Notes: generated from the letters alone by a model not told the origin. A DNA stretch of 55,342 nucleotides from Oscillospiraceae bacterium (GCA_028694405.1 JAQUTM010000001.1:1-55342), one strand, 5' to 3'; positions 28,404 through 39,472 are shown, counted from the stretch's first letter. Numbers and translations are program-made.

Positions 28404-28898
28404 ATGAAAAAAGTTGCAATTATCATGGGTAGTGACAGTGACCTGCCCGTTGTGGAAAAAGCCATCAACAAATTAAAAGCACTGCAAGTGCCCTGCGAGG
28501 CGCATGTTTTTAGCGCACACCGCACACCAAACGCCGCCGCAGACTTTGCAAAAACTGCAAAAGAGAACGGTTTTGGTGTAATCATTAGTGCGGCAGGTAA
28601 GGCGGCACATCTGGGCGGCGTGTTGGCTGCTTACACTACGCTGCCTATCATTGGCTTGCCCATTAAAAGCAGCACCATGGACGGGCTGGACAGCCTACTT
28701 TCTACCGTGCAAATGCCCAGCGGCGTGCCGGTTGCCACCGTTGCCATTGACGGGGCGGAAAATGCGGCTATTTTGGCTGCGCAAATGCTGGCGTTAAGCG
28801 ATGATGCCTTGGCACAGCGCCTAAGTGATATGCGCGCGGCAATGACAGCCGCTGTACTGGAAAAGGACGAAGCTTTGCAGAAAAAGCTGCAAGCATAG
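28404..28898 (+). CDS. purE: 5-(carboxyamino)imidazole ribonucleotide mutase
   Basis: [19 protein letters not shown] and [12 protein letters not shown] motifs. Confidence 0.93.
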   Translation: MKKVAIIMGSDSDLPVVEKAINKLKALQVPCEAHVFSAHRTPNAAADFAKTAKENGFGVIISAAGKAAHLGGVLAAYTTLPIIGLPIKSSTMDGLDSLLSTVQMPSGVPVATVAIDGAENAAILAAQMLALSDDALAQRLSDMRAAMTAAVLEKDEALQKKLQA

Positions 28899-29010
28899 CT
28901 GTTTATCTAAAAAGGAAGGATAAAACAGCAAAATAAAAGGTTATATATTTAAGTATATAAAGGGCAATGCCCGCAAAAAGGAATTAAAGGAATTAAAAGG
29001 AGAAAAGGTT

Positions 29011-29721
29011 ATGAAAAAGCTAGAGCAACTATATGAAGGTAAAGCAAAAAAAGTGTTTGCCACAGATGACCCCGAAATTGTATTGGTGGATTATAAAGAC
29101 GATGCCACAGCAGGTAACGGTGCCAAAAAGGGCACTATCCGCGGCAAAGGTGTTATTAACAACCGTGTAACCAACAGCTTGATGAAAATGTTGGAGACAA
29201 AAGGTATTCCCACTCATTTTGTAGAGGAAATAAGCGAGCGCGAAACTTTGGTTAAAAAAGTTACCATTGTACCTTTAGAGGTAATTGTGCGCAACGTTGC
29301 CGCAGGCAGCCTTGCAAAACGTTTGGGACTGCCGGAGGGCACAAAATTAAAAAGCACCGTTTTGGAGTATTGCTACAAAGATGACGCTTTGGGCGACCCT
29401 ATGGTAAATGAGTACCACATTGCCGCTATTGAAGCAGCTACCAAAGCAGAATTGGATATCATTGCAAGCTATTCCTTTAAAATCAACGAGATTTTAACTG
29501 CATATTTAAAAGATGTTAACATTGAACTGATTGACTTTAAATTAGAATACGGCCGCTTGGCTGACGGCACCATTGTTTTGGCTGATGAAATCAGCCCGGA
29601 TACCTGCCGCTTCTGGGACAGCATAACACATCAGCACTTAGATAAAGACTTGTTCCGCCGTGACCTTGGCGGTGAAGAAGAAGCCTACCAAGAGGTTATG
29701 AAACGTCTTTTGGGCGAATAA
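29011..29721 (+). CDS. purC: SAICAR synthase
   Basis: [11 protein letters not shown]-terminus, LEVIVRN, 236 aa, in pur operon context. Confidence 0.95.
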   Translation: MKKLEQLYEGKAKKVFATDDPEIVLVDYKDDATAGNGAKKGTIRGKGVINNRVTNSLMKMLETKGIPTHFVEEISERETLVKKVTIVPLEVIVRNVAAGSLAKRLGLPEGTKLKSTVLEYCYKDDALGDPMVNEYHIAAIEAATKAELDIIASYSFKINEILTAYLKDVNIELIDFKLEYGRLADGTIVLADEISPDTCRFWDSITHQHLDKDLFRRDLGGEEEAYQEVMKRLLGE

Positions 29722-29731
29722 GGGTGACACA

Positions 29732-31183
29732 ATGAGTGAGTGTATTTTTAATAAGCTGCATGAGGAATGCGGTGTATTTGGCATTTACGATAACGACAGT
29801 TTAGACGTAATTGCAAGTACCTACAGTGCCCTATATGCACTACAGCACCGCGGCCAGGAAAGCTGCGGTATGGCTATCAATGTAGATGGTGTTATTACAG
29901 GGCATAAGGACGTTGGCCTTGTAAACGAGGTTTTTACGCCGGAGGTTTTAACAAAAATTTTACCCCAAAACGGTAAAATGGCCATTGGACATGTGCGCTA
30001 CGCAACAAGCGGCAGCCGCACCCGCCACAATGCACAGCCGCTTGTGGTAAAGCACTGCAAAGGTGCTATGGCGCTGGCGCATAACGGCAACTTAACCAAT
30101 GCCGCACAGCTGCGTGAGGAGTTGGAGCTTACAGGTGCCATTTTTCACACCAGCAGCGATACCGAGGTTATCAGCTATACCATAACCAAAGAGCGTTTGA
30201 CCGCGCCCAGCATTGAAGTTGCGGTAAGTCGTACCATGGATATCATTAAGGGCGCATACAGCCTTGTTATTACAAGCCCTACAAAGCTGCTTGCCGCACG
30301 CGACCCGCGGGGATTTCGGCCTTTGTGCATAGGCAAGCTGGAAAACAGCTACTTTTTTGCAAGCGAATCCTGCGCGTTAGATGCCTGCGGCGCAACCTTT
30401 GTGCGCGATGTAGAGCCGGGCGAAATTGTAGTGTGCGACAAAGACGGTCTGCGCAGCATAAAAGACCACTGCGGCGGCCCTACCAATATGTGCGTGTTTG
30501 AGTACATCTACTTTGCACGTCCGGACAGTGTAATTGACGGCAGCAGTGTGCATACCGCCCGCCAGCGTGCAGGCGCCTTTTTGGCGCTTGAGCACCCGGT
30601 ACAGGCCGATGTTGTAATCGGTGTACCGGACAGCGGATTGGACGCGGCCCTTGGTTATGCACATCAAAGCGGCATACCCTACGGTGTTGGATTTATCAAA
30701 AATAAATATATCGGGCGCACCTTTATACAGGGCAGCCAAAAGCAGCGCGAAAACAGCGTGCGCATTAAGCTAAACCCCATTTCGGCTACGGTAACAGGCA
30801 AGCGGGTTATCTTAATTGATGACAGCATTGTGCGCGGCACTACAAGTGCACGCATTGTGCGTTTGCTGCGTGAGGCAGGCGCAAAAGAGGTACACTTTCG
30901 CGTAAGCTGTCCGCCGTTTTTACACCCCTGCTACTTTGGTACAGACATTGACAGCCGCGAAAATTTAATTGCGGTTAATCGCACCAATGAAGAAATTGCA
31001 GAGATTATCGGCGCTGATACGCTGGGCTATTTAAGCGTGGATAACGTAGTAAAACTGGCCGACCGCTCCACCTGCGGCTTTTGTACAGGCTGCTTTACAG
31101 GTGAATATCCCGTAGAAGTGCCAAGCGAAAAAGTGGTGGACAAGTTTAGTCGTCCGTTAAGCGAGAGCCCCAAAAAGAAGTAA
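29732..31183 (+). CDS. purF: amidophosphoribosyltransferase
   Basis: ECGVFGI Ntn-type N-terminus with propeptide, PRTase motif VILIDDSIVRGTT, and C-terminal Cys ligands. Confidence 0.95.
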   Translation: MSECIFNKLHEECGVFGIYDNDSLDVIASTYSALYALQHRGQESCGMAINVDGVITGHKDVGLVNEVFTPEVLTKILPQNGKMAIGHVRYATSGSRTRHNAQPLVVKHCKGAMALAHNGNLTNAAQLREELELTGAIFHTSSDTEVISYTITKERLTAPSIEVAVSRTMDIIKGAYSLVITSPTKLLAARDPRGFRPLCIGKLENSYFFASESCALDACGATFVRDVEPGEIVVCDKDGLRSIKDHCGGPTNMCVFEYIYFARPDSVIDGSSVHTARQRAGAFLALEHPVQADVVIGVPDSGLDAALGYAHQSGIPYGVGFIKNKYIGRTFIQGSQKQRENSVRIKLNPISATVTGKRVILIDDSIVRGTTSARIVRLLREAGAKEVHFRVSCPPFLHPCYFGTDIDSRENLIAVNRTNEEIAEIIGADTLGYLSVDNVVKLADRSTCGFCTGCFTGEYPVEVPSEKVVDKFSRPLSESPKKK

Positions 31184-31213
31184 GCTGTATATAAAAAATA
31201 ACGAGGTAGAAAC

Positions 31214-32245
31214 ATGAAAAGTTTTTCCGAAAGCTATAAAGAGGCAGGCGTAGATATTACCGCCGGCTACACCGCAGTAGAATTGATGAAAACCCACGTT
31301 GCCCGCACCATGACAAGCGGTGTTTTAACGGGTCTTGGCGGCTTTGGCGGCCTGTTTGAGCTTGACGTTACGGGTATGACAAAGCCCGTATTGGTTAGCG
31401 GCACGGACGGCGTAGGCACAAAGCTGAAAATTGCCTTTTTGATGGACAAGCACGATACCGTAGGTATTGACTGTGTTGCCATGTGTGTAAACGATGTTGT
31501 ATGCTGCGGTGCAAAGCCTTTGTTCTTTTTAGATTACATTGCCTGCGGTAAAAATGTGCCCGAAAAAATTGCACAAATTGTTGCGGGTGTAGCAGAGGGC
31601 TGTGTGCAAAGCGGCGCTGCTTTAATAGGCGGCGAAACAGCCGAAATGCCCGGTTTTTATCCCATTGACGAGTACGACTTAGCGGGCTTTACCGTAGGCG
31701 TTGTAGATAAAAGCAAAATTGTGGATAACACCACCATCAATGAGGGTGATGCCATTATTGCACTGCCTTCCAGCGGTGTACACTCCAACGGTTTCAGTCT
31801 GGTGCGCAAGCTGTTTGATGTAGAGCACAAGGGCCTTGAATTATACAGCGATGAACTGGGCAAAACCTTGGGTGAAACCCTATTGACACCCACCAAAATT
31901 TATGTAAAGCCTGTGCTTGCTTTGCAAGAATCAATGCCCATTAAAGCAGTTAGCCACATTACAGGCGGCGGTTTTTATGAGAATATCCCACGCAGCCTGC
32001 CAAATGGCTTTGCTGCAAAAATTGATGCAGCCAGCTTAAACATTTTGCCTATTTTTAACCTGATGCAAAAGGTTGGCAATATCCCCGAGCGCGATATGTT
32101 TAACACCTTTAACATGGGCGTTGGCATGAGCATTGTGGTAGATAAGGCAAACGCCAATCAGGCAGTAGAAATTTTACGCGCAAATGGCGAGGCTGCCTAC
32201 ATTATGGGCGAGTGCGTAAAAGGCGAGGGTGTAATCATTAAATAA
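31214..32245 (+). CDS. purM: AIR synthetase (phosphoribosylformylglycinamidine cyclo-ligase)
   Basis: [16 protein letters not shown] and GGETAEMPG motifs. Confidence 0.95.
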   Translation: MKSFSESYKEAGVDITAGYTAVELMKTHVARTMTSGVLTGLGGFGGLFELDVTGMTKPVLVSGTDGVGTKLKIAFLMDKHDTVGIDCVAMCVNDVVCCGAKPLFFLDYIACGKNVPEKIAQIVAGVAEGCVQSGAALIGGETAEMPGFYPIDEYDLAGFTVGVVDKSKIVDNTTINEGDAIIALPSSGVHSNGFSLVRKLFDVEHKGLELYSDELGKTLGETLLTPTKIYVKPVLALQESMPIKAVSHITGGGFYENIPRSLPNGFAAKIDAASLNILPIFNLMQKVGNIPERDMFNTFNMGVGMSIVVDKANANQAVEILRANGEAAYIMGECVKGEGVIIK

Positions 32246-32832
32246 TGAAAAATATTGCAGTATTTGTAAGCGGCGGCGGCACTAATTTACAGGCGCTGCT
32301 GGACGCTGAAAAAAGAGGCGAAATTGAAAACGGAAAAATTACCCTTGTGGTTGCAAGCAAAGAGGGTGTATACGCTCTTGAGCGCGCCAAAAATGCAGGA
32401 GTAAAAAGCGCCGTAATAAACCGCAAGCAGCTTGGCGAAAGCTTTGATGCTGCCCTAATTGCACTGCTGGAAGAAAATAAGATTGATTTGATTGTTTTGG
32501 CAGGTTATTTAAGCATTTTAAGCCCTGATTTTACCAAGCGATACGACCGTAAAATTATCAACGTGCACCCAAGCTTAATTCCCAGTTTTTGCGGTGCGGG
32601 TTTTTATGGCCTAAAGGTACACCAAGCGGCATTGGCAAAAGGTGTAAAGGTTACAGGTGCCACTGTGCATTTTGTAAACGAAATACCCGATGGTGGCGAA
32701 ATTATTTTGCAAAAAGCGGTAGAGATACAAACAGGGGATACACCTGAAATTTTGCAAAAGCGTGTTATGGAGCAGGCGGAGTGGAAACTTTTACCCCGTG
32801 CCGTAAGCCTTTTTTGCCAAGGTAAGCTTTAA
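32245..32832 (+). CDS. purN: phosphoribosylglycinamide formyltransferase
   Basis: IAVFVSGGGTNLQAL, INVHPSLIP, GATVHFV. The start overlaps the purM stop (TAATG). Confidence 0.93.
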   Translation: MKNIAVFVSGGGTNLQALLDAEKRGEIENGKITLVVASKEGVYALERAKNAGVKSAVINRKQLGESFDAALIALLEENKIDLIVLAGYLSILSPDFTKRYDRKIINVHPSLIPSFCGAGFYGLKVHQAALAKGVKVTGATVHFVNEIPDGGEIILQKAVEIQTGDTPEILQKRVMEQAEWKLLPRAVSLFCQGKL

Positions 32833-32906
32833 AAGCGTTGGCCAAAACAAATAAATTTGAGCAATTATAACAGAGGGAAAATACAGTAAAGTGAGGAAAA
32901 AGCTTT

Positions 32907-34184
32907 ATGAGAGTTATGGTAGTAGGCGGCGGTGGCCGTGAGCATGCTATTATTAAAAAACTAAAAGAAAACCCCCATATAGAGGATATATTTGCCGTGC
33001 CGGGTAACGGTGGTATCGGCTATGATGCCATTTGCGTAGAGGACATTAAAGCTACAGACGTAGATGCCATTGTAAGCTACGCCATGGACCACAGCATTGA
33101 CTTTGCCGTAGTGGCCCCCGATGACCCACTGGTACTGGGCTGCGTTGACCGTTTGGAGGAAAAAGGAATACCCTGCTTTGGTCCAAACAAAGCCGCTGCC
33201 ATTATTGAGGGCAGCAAGGTTTTCAGCAAAAACCTGATGAAAAAATACAATATACCCACAGCAGGCTATGAAATTTTTGATGACCCGGCAAAGGCTTTGG
33301 TGTATATTGAGGCACAAAACACATACCCCACGGTAATCAAAGCCGACGGCCTTGCCTTGGGCAAAGGTGTTATTTTGGCCGAAAATTACCAGCAGGCACA
33401 AAAAGCCGTTACCGAGATTATGGAGGACAAGGTTTTTGGCGCCAGCGGCAACCACATTGTGGTAGAGGAATTTTTGACAGGCCCCGAGGTAAGCGTACTG
33501 GCATTTACCGATAGCAAAACCTTAGTACCTATGGTGAGCAGCATGGACCACAAGCGTGCTTTGGATAATGACATGGGCTTGAACACAGGCGGCATGGGCA
33601 CCATTGCGCCCAACCCCTATTACACACGCGAGCTTGCCGCACAGTGCATGGAGGAGATTTTTTTGCCCACCATGAACGCCATGAACGCCGTGGGCAGACC
33701 CTTTAAGGGCTGTTTGTATTTTGGCTTAATGTTAACGCCAAAAGGCCCTAAGGTAATAGAGTACAACTGCCGTTTTGGAGACCCTGAAACACAGGTGGTA
33801 CTGCCTTTGCTAAAAAGCGATTTACTTACCATTATGCAGGCCGTACATGATGAGCGACTTGCAGAGGTTGATGTCACTTTTAGCCGCGGTGCAGCCTGCT
33901 GTGTTATTTTGGCAAGCGGCGGCTATCCTGTGCAATATCAAAAAGGCTATCCTGTGCGCGGCTTAAATGTAAATGCAGGTCTGGAAAACAGTCTTGTATT
34001 CCACTCTGGTACCCAGCTGCAAAACGGCAAGCTGGTTACAAATGGCGGCCGCGTATTAGGCGTTACCGCCACCAGTGATTATTTGGCGCTTGCCATTAAC
34101 AAAGCCTACCGAGAGGTAGAAAAAGTAAACTTTACCGATATGCACTATCGTACCGACATCGGTCAGCGTGCATTGAATGTTTAA
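32907..34184 (+). CDS. purD: phosphoribosylamine-glycine ligase
   Basis: MRVMVVGGGGREHAI, VIKADGLALGKGV and EYNCRFGDPE motifs. Confidence 0.95.
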   Translation: MRVMVVGGGGREHAIIKKLKENPHIEDIFAVPGNGGIGYDAICVEDIKATDVDAIVSYAMDHSIDFAVVAPDDPLVLGCVDRLEEKGIPCFGPNKAAAIIEGSKVFSKNLMKKYNIPTAGYEIFDDPAKALVYIEAQNTYPTVIKADGLALGKGVILAENYQQAQKAVTEIMEDKVFGASGNHIVVEEFLTGPEVSVLAFTDSKTLVPMVSSMDHKRALDNDMGLNTGGMGTIAPNPYYTRELAAQCMEEIFLPTMNAMNAVGRPFKGCLYFGLMLTPKGPKVIEYNCRFGDPETQVVLPLLKSDLLTIMQAVHDERLAEVDVTFSRGAACCVILASGGYPVQYQKGYPVRGLNVNAGLENSLVFHSGTQLQNGKLVTNGGRVLGVTATSDYLALAINKAYREVEKVNFTDMHYRTDIGQRALNV

Positions 34185-34216
34185 GCTGCATATAAGTTGA
34201 TAAAAAGGAGAAAACC

Positions 34217-37200
34217 ATGTCTGTTTTTCGTATATATGTTGAAAAAAAGGCTTCCTATGCCGTTGAGGCAAAAGGCTTGTTAAGCGAGATTAATAACCTT
34301 TTGCAGATTAAAGGTGTAACTTCTTTGCGGCTGTTTAACCGCTATGATGTAGAGGGCATTGACGAGGCATTGTTTAATGCCTGTAAAATGACCGTGTTTG
34401 CCGAGCCGCAACTGGATAATATTTACGACCACCGCCCAAAAGTAGAGGGCGCGTATGTGTTTGGCACCGAGTATCTGCCCGGCCAGTTTGACCAGCGTGC
34501 AGACAGCTGTGCACAGTGCATTTCCATTGTGGGCGCGTGTGACCGCCCTGCAGTACGCACTGCCCGTGTGTTTATTTTAGAGGGCAGCGCTACCGATGCC
34601 GAGCTTGCCGCCATTAAAAAGCATGTAATTAACCCCGTAGAAAGCCGTGAGGCGATACTGGATAAAAAACCCGAGACCTTGGCGATACAGTACGAGATAC
34701 CTACCGAGGTTGCCACGCTTACAGGGTTTATCGGCTATACCCAGGCACAGCTTGCGGATTTTGTAAAGCAATACGGCCTTGCCATGGACTTGGACGACAT
34801 CAAGTTCTGCCAAAATTACTTTATTACCCAGCAGCGTGACCCCACTATCACGGAAATCCGCATGATTGATACCTACTGGAGCGACCACTGCCGCCACACC
34901 ACCTTTGGCACCATTATTGATGATGCTAAAATAGAGGACAGTGCCGTGCAGGCCGCCTTTGAAAAATACTTGCAGCTGCGCAGCGAGCTGTATGCAGGCA
35001 AAAATAAGCCTATGTGCCTAATGGACATGGCGGTTATCGGCACCAAAAAATTAAAAAAAGACGGTATGCTGCCACGGCTTGATGAGAGCGAGGAAATTAA
35101 CGCCTGCACCGTAAAAATTGACGTGGACGTAGAGGGCGAAACACAGGAATGGCTGTTTTTGTTTAAAAACGAAACCCACAACCACCCCACCGAGATTGAG
35201 CCCTTTGGCGGTGCCGCAACCTGTATTGGCGGTGCTATCCGTGACCCATTGTCCGGGCGCAGCTACGTATATCAAGCTATGCGCGTAACAGGCGCAGCAG
35301 ACCCCCTAAAGCCTGTGAGCGAAACATTAGAGGGCAAGCTGCCCCAGAGCAAAATTGTTACCACCGCAGCAGCAGGCTACTCCAGCTACGGAAACCAAAT
35401 CGGTTTGGCAACCGGGCAGGTAGATGAGATTTATCACCCGGGATATGTGGCAAAACGTATGGAAATCGGTGCCGTTGTAGGCGCAGCACCTGCCGCCAAT
35501 GTGCGCAGAGAGCGTCCCAATGCAGGCGACATTGTTGTTTTACTGGGCGGCCAAACAGGCCGTGACGGCTGTGGCGGTGCCACAGGCAGCAGTAAAAAGC
35601 ACAGCTTAGAAAGTCTTGAGAGCTGTGGCGCTGAGGTGCAAAAGGGCAACGCTCCCGAGGAGCGCAAATTGCAGCGTCTGTTCCGCAACCCCGATGTTAC
35701 CAAAATGATTAAGCGCTGCAATGACTTTGGCGCAGGCGGCGTAAGCGTAGCCATTGGCGAGCTTGCCGACGGCTTGGTGATTGATTTAAACGCCGTACCC
35801 AAAAAATATGACGGCTTAGACGGCACCGAGCTTGCCATTAGCGAAAGCCAAGAGCGTATGGCAGTTGTGCTTGAAAAAGAAAACGTAGATGCCTTTATTG
35901 CCGAGGCCGCAAAGGAAAACCTGCAAGCCTCTGTGGTAGCAGAGGTTACCGAGGCCGCTCGCCTTGTAATGAAGTGGAACGGCAGGGTTATCTGTGACAT
36001 CAACCGTGAATTTTTAAATTCCAACGGTGCCGAAAAGCACATCAGCGTTACCGTGCCACAGCAAAGCGTTGCACCACGCAGCGTAGCAGGTACTACCGTA
36101 AAAGAAAAAATGGAAAACCTGCTGGGCGACTTAAACGTGTGCAGCAAAAAAGGTCTTTCCCAGCGGTTTGACTCCACCATCGGCGCAGGAACCGTACTGA
36201 TGCCCTTTGGCGGCAAATATCAGTTAACACCTGCACAGGCCATGGCGGCAAAAATCCCTGTTTTATATAAAGAAACTACCACTTGCAGCGGTATGGCATA
36301 CGGCTTTAACCCCTATATCAGCGAGCAGAGTCCTTACTGCGGCGCCTATCTGGCTGTTGTAGAAAGCGTTGCCAAGCTGGTTGCCACAGGCTTTAGCTAC
36401 AAAGATGCCTATTTGACTTTCCAAGAATATTTTGAGCGCTTAGGCCAAGAGGCAAGCCGCTGGGGTAAGCCTTTCAGCGCCTTACTGGGTGCTTTAAAGG
36501 CACAAACCGAGCTGGGTATTGCCTCTATCGGCGGCAAGGACAGTATGAGCGGTAGCTTTGAAAATATCGACGTACCACCTACCTTAACCAGCTTTGCCGT
36601 AAGCATCGGCAACACCGAAAACGTGATTAGCCCCGAATTTAAAGTGCCTTTTAGCAAGGTCTGCTATTTAGAACCCAAATTAGATGAAAAAAGCTTGCCT
36701 ACAGCAGATAGCTTAAAAGCTGTGTTTGACACGGTAGAGCAGCTGATTGCAGACAAAAAAGTGCTAAGTGCCTACACACCCACTTACGGCGGCATTGCCG
36801 AGGGCGTGTTTAAAATGGGCATTGGTAACGGCATTGGTTTTGCCTTTGCAGACGGAATTGACGAAGAAAAGATTTTTGCATACAACTATGGTGCGTTTAT
36901 TTTAGAGATGACGGACGATACTGTTGTTGGTACTTTACTGGGAGAAACTACAGCAGATTACAGTCTTATCATCGGCGGCGAAAAACTGGATATGTCCGAG
37001 CTTTGCGCTGTGTACGAAAATAAACTGGAGCCTGTTTTCCCGTATCACAGCATAAAATGCACAGATACGGTAAAAGCATACAGCTACAGCACAGATACCC
37101 GTGTTGCGCCTAAAATCGGCGTGGCAAAGCCAAAGGTGCTTATTCCTGTATTCCCCGGCAACAACTGCGAGTATGATACAGCCAATGCGTTAATCCGTGC

Positions 37201-37927
37201 AGGTGCCCAGCCGGAGATATTGGTGGTGCGTAATCTTTCGGCGCAGGCCATTACCGAGAGCGTAGACGCCATGGAAAAAATCATCAAGGAAAGCCAGATG
37301 ATTGTAATTCCCGGTGGATTTAGCGGCGGTGATGAGCCCGACGGCAGCGGCAAGTTTATTACGGCGTTTTTCCGCAATCCTAAAATTAAGGACGCAGTAC
37401 ACGATATGCTGAAAAACCGTGACGGCCTAATGTGCGGTATTTGCAACGGTTTCCAAGCGCTGATTAAGCTGGGCCTTGTACCCTACGGCGAAATTATCGA
37501 CACCGATGAAAACTGCCCAACCCTAACCTTTAACACCATTGCACGCCACCAAAGCGGCTTGGTACGTACACGCATTGCCAGCAACAAGAGCCCGTGGCTT
37601 TCCAAAACAAATGTGGGCGATGTGCACACCATTGCCATCAGCCACGGCGAGGGACGCTTTGTTGCACCTGCCGCACTGATTGAGCAGCTTGCCCAAAACG
37701 GCCAAATTGCAACGCAATATGCCGATTTATCAGGCGAGCCCACCATGGATATTTGCTTTAATCCCAATACCAGTATGCAGGCGGTGGAGGGCATTACCAG
37801 CCCCGACGGGCGTGTACTGGGTAAAATGGGCCACACCGAGCGCTACGGTCACAATGTTTACAAAAACGTAGAGGGCAATAAAGCTCAACAGCTGTTTGAA
37901 GGTGCTGTAAGCTACTTTGCGCTGTAA
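34217..37927 (+). CDS. purL: phosphoribosylformylglycinamidine synthase, single-chain (PurS-PurL-PurQ fused)
   Basis: 1236 aa. ETHNHPTEIEPFGGAATCIGG (FGAM synthase core), and a C-terminal glutaminase GICNGFQAL with HGEGRF. Confidence 0.95.
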   Translation: MSVFRIYVEKKASYAVEAKGLLSEINNLLQIKGVTSLRLFNRYDVEGIDEALFNACKMTVFAEPQLDNIYDHRPKVEGAYVFGTEYLPGQFDQRADSCAQCISIVGACDRPAVRTARVFILEGSATDAELAAIKKHVINPVESREAILDKKPETLAIQYEIPTEVATLTGFIGYTQAQLADFVKQYGLAMDLDDIKFCQNYFITQQRDPTITEIRMIDTYWSDHCRHTTFGTIIDDAKIEDSAVQAAFEKYLQLRSELYAGKNKPMCLMDMAVIGTKKLKKDGMLPRLDESEEINACTVKIDVDVEGETQEWLFLFKNETHNHPTEIEPFGGAATCIGGAIRDPLSGRSYVYQAMRVTGAADPLKPVSETLEGKLPQSKIVTTAAAGYSSYGNQIGLATGQVDEIYHPGYVAKRMEIGAVVGAAPAANVRRERPNAGDIVVLLGGQTGRDGCGGATGSSKKHSLESLESCGAEVQKGNAPEERKLQRLFRNPDVTKMIKRCNDFGAGGVSVAIGELADGLVIDLNAVPKKYDGLDGTELAISESQERMAVVLEKENVDAFIAEAAKENLQASVVAEVTEAARLVMKWNGRVICDINREFLNSNGAEKHISVTVPQQSVAPRSVAGTTVKEKMENLLGDLNVCSKKGLSQRFDSTIGAGTVLMPFGGKYQLTPAQAMAAKIPVLYKETTTCSGMAYGFNPYISEQSPYCGAYLAVVESVAKLVATGFSYKDAYLTFQEYFERLGQEASRWGKPFSALLGALKAQTELGIASIGGKDSMSGSFENIDVPPTLTSFAVSIGNTENVISPEFKVPFSKVCYLEPKLDEKSLPTADSLKAVFDTVEQLIADKKVLSAYTPTYGGIAEGVFKMGIGNGIGFAFADGIDEEKIFAYNYGAFILEMTDDTVVGTLLGETTADYSLIIGGEKLDMSELCAVYENKLEPVFPYHSIKCTDTVKAYSYSTDTRVAPKIGVAKPKVLIPVFPGNNCEYDTANALIRAGAQPEILVVRNLSAQAITESVDAMEKIIKESQMIVIPGGFSGGDEPDGSGKFITAFFRNPKIKDAVHDMLKNRDGLMCGICNGFQALIKLGLVPYGEIIDTDENCPTLTFNTIARHQSGLVRTRIASNKSPWLSKTNVGDVHTIAISHGEGRFVAPAALIEQLAQNGQIATQYADLSGEPTMDICFNPNTSMQAVEGITSPDGRVLGKMGHTERYGHNVYKNVEGNKAQQLFEGAVSYFAL

Positions 37928-37938
37928 ACCAAAAACAA

Positions 37939-37969
37939 AACGGCGCACAGCGGCAAACTGTGCGCCGTT
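37939..37969 (+). other. intercistronic stem-loop between purL and purB, no U-tract
   Basis: AACGGCGCACAG - CGGCAAA - CTGTGCGCCGTT, a perfect 12-bp stem. Confidence 0.4.
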
Positions 37970-38001
37970 AACCCATAAACAAAAGGCAAAGGAGAAACAA
38001 A

Positions 38002-39438
38002 ATGGCAGAACACAACCGTTATATCAGCCCATTTCAAACCCGTTATGCAAGCGATGAAATGCAGTATATTTTTAGCGAGGACAATAAATTTAAAACATGG
38101 CGCAAGCTGTGGATTGCTTTGGCAAAGGCCGAAAAAGCAAATGGCTTGGCCATTACCGATGAGCAGATTGCAGAGCTAGAGGCCCACGCAGAGGACATTA
38201 ACTACGAAGATGCCATTCGACGTGAAAAAGAGTGTCGCCATGATGTAATGAGCCATGTATATGCTTACGGCTTGCAGTGCCCAAACGCAAAGGGTATCAT
38301 TCATTTGGGTGCCACCAGCTGTTATGTTGGCGATAACACCGACGTAGTTGTAATGCGGCAGGCTTTAGAGGTTGTGCGCCGCAAGCTGCTGAATGTGATT
38401 GCGCTTTTGGCCAAATTTGCAAACCAATACAAAGACATGCCTGCCTTGGCATATACCCATTTACAGCCTGCACAGTTAACCACAGTGGGCAAACGCGCCA
38501 CTTTGTGGATGAACGAGCTGTATATGGACTATGAGGAAATAGAGCGCCGCATTGGCGACCTTGCCCTGCTGGGCAGCAAAGGTACCACAGGCACACAGGC
38601 AAGCTTTGTAGAGCTGTTTGAGGGCGACAGTGCCAAAATTAAAGCAGTAGATGCAAATATTGCCGCCGAAATGGGCTTTACCAAAATTGTGCCTGTAAGT
38701 GGCCAAACCTACAGCCGTAAAGTGGACTATTTTGTACAGAGTGCACTGGCAGGTATTGGTCAAAGCTGTATGAAATTTGCCAACGATTTGCGGATTTTGC
38801 AAAACTTTAAAGAGATGGAGGAGCCGTTTGAAAAAAATCAAATCGGTTCTTCTGCAATGCCTTACAAGCGCAACCCCATGCGCAGCGAACGCATTTGTGC
38901 TTTGGCACGCTATTTGATGGTTGACGTATTAAACCCTGCCTTTACAGCAGGCACGCAGTGGTTTGAGCGCACACTGGACGACAGTGCAAATAAGCGCATT
39001 AGTGTTGCGGAGGCATTTTTGGCCGCCGATGCAATTTTAAACATTATGCTAAACGTATGTGACGGGCTTGTGGTTTACCCCAAGGTTGTGGCACAGCGTG
39101 TACTAAGCGAGCTGCCCTTTATGGCCACCGAAAATATTATGATGAGTGCCGTAAAAAAAGGCGGCGACCGCCAAGAACTGCATGAAAAGCTGCGTCAGCA
39201 CTCTATTGCCGCAGCAAAGGTTGTAAAAGAGGAAGGCAAATCCAATGATTTAATTGAACGCGTATGTGCCGACGCAAGCTTTGGCTTACATTTGGACGAA
39301 GTAAAGGCAATTTTAAATCCGTCTGCCTTTACAGGGCGTGCACCACAGCAGGTAACCGAGTTTTTAACAGAAGTAATCAATCCGGTGCTGCAAGCAAATG
39401 AAGCTTTGCTAGGTGAACACGCAGAACTTAATGTTTAA
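38002..39438 (+). CDS. purB: adenylosuccinate lyase
   Basis: Fumarate-lyase signature GSSAMPYKRNP, an ADSL C-terminal domain, and 478 aa. Confidence 0.95.
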   Translation: MAEHNRYISPFQTRYASDEMQYIFSEDNKFKTWRKLWIALAKAEKANGLAITDEQIAELEAHAEDINYEDAIRREKECRHDVMSHVYAYGLQCPNAKGIIHLGATSCYVGDNTDVVVMRQALEVVRRKLLNVIALLAKFANQYKDMPALAYTHLQPAQLTTVGKRATLWMNELYMDYEEIERRIGDLALLGSKGTTGTQASFVELFEGDSAKIKAVDANIAAEMGFTKIVPVSGQTYSRKVDYFVQSALAGIGQSCMKFANDLRILQNFKEMEEPFEKNQIGSSAMPYKRNPMRSERICALARYLMVDVLNPAFTAGTQWFERTLDDSANKRISVAEAFLAADAILNIMLNVCDGLVVYPKVVAQRVLSELPFMATENIMMSAVKKGGDRQELHEKLRQHSIAAAKVVKEEGKSNDLIERVCADASFGLHLDEVKAILNPSAFTGRAPQQVTEFLTEVINPVLQANEALLGEHAELNV

Positions 39439-39472
39439 ATCCGCGTACCTTTAAATAACGCACAAAAAAAGT

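Noticed and set aside
28093-28585. Minus-strand ORFs 28093-28419 (108 aa) and 28247-28585 (112 aa)
   Set aside because: They overlap the pur leader, its terminator and the purE start in antisense. They are Cys/Phe-rich low-complexity translations with no SD.
28899-29010. Direct repeat AGGAATTAAAGGAATTAAAAGGA and dyad CTGTTTATC..GATAAAACAG between purE and purC
   Set aside because: These are short, AT-rich and adjacent to the purC SD. They are likely chance or SD-related purine-rich sequence, with no support for a regulatory site.
35434-36216. 260-aa antisense ORF inside purL. Similar long shadow ORFs occur at 519-1058, 7523-8014, 9685-10395, 23029-23691, 25913-26335, 32961-33455, 44129-44638 and 53882-54412.
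   Set aside because: All are antisense or out of frame to confidently identified housekeeping genes. They have Ala/Ser/Pro/Cys-rich low-complexity products and no SD. They are typical shadow ORFs of stop-codon-poor frames.
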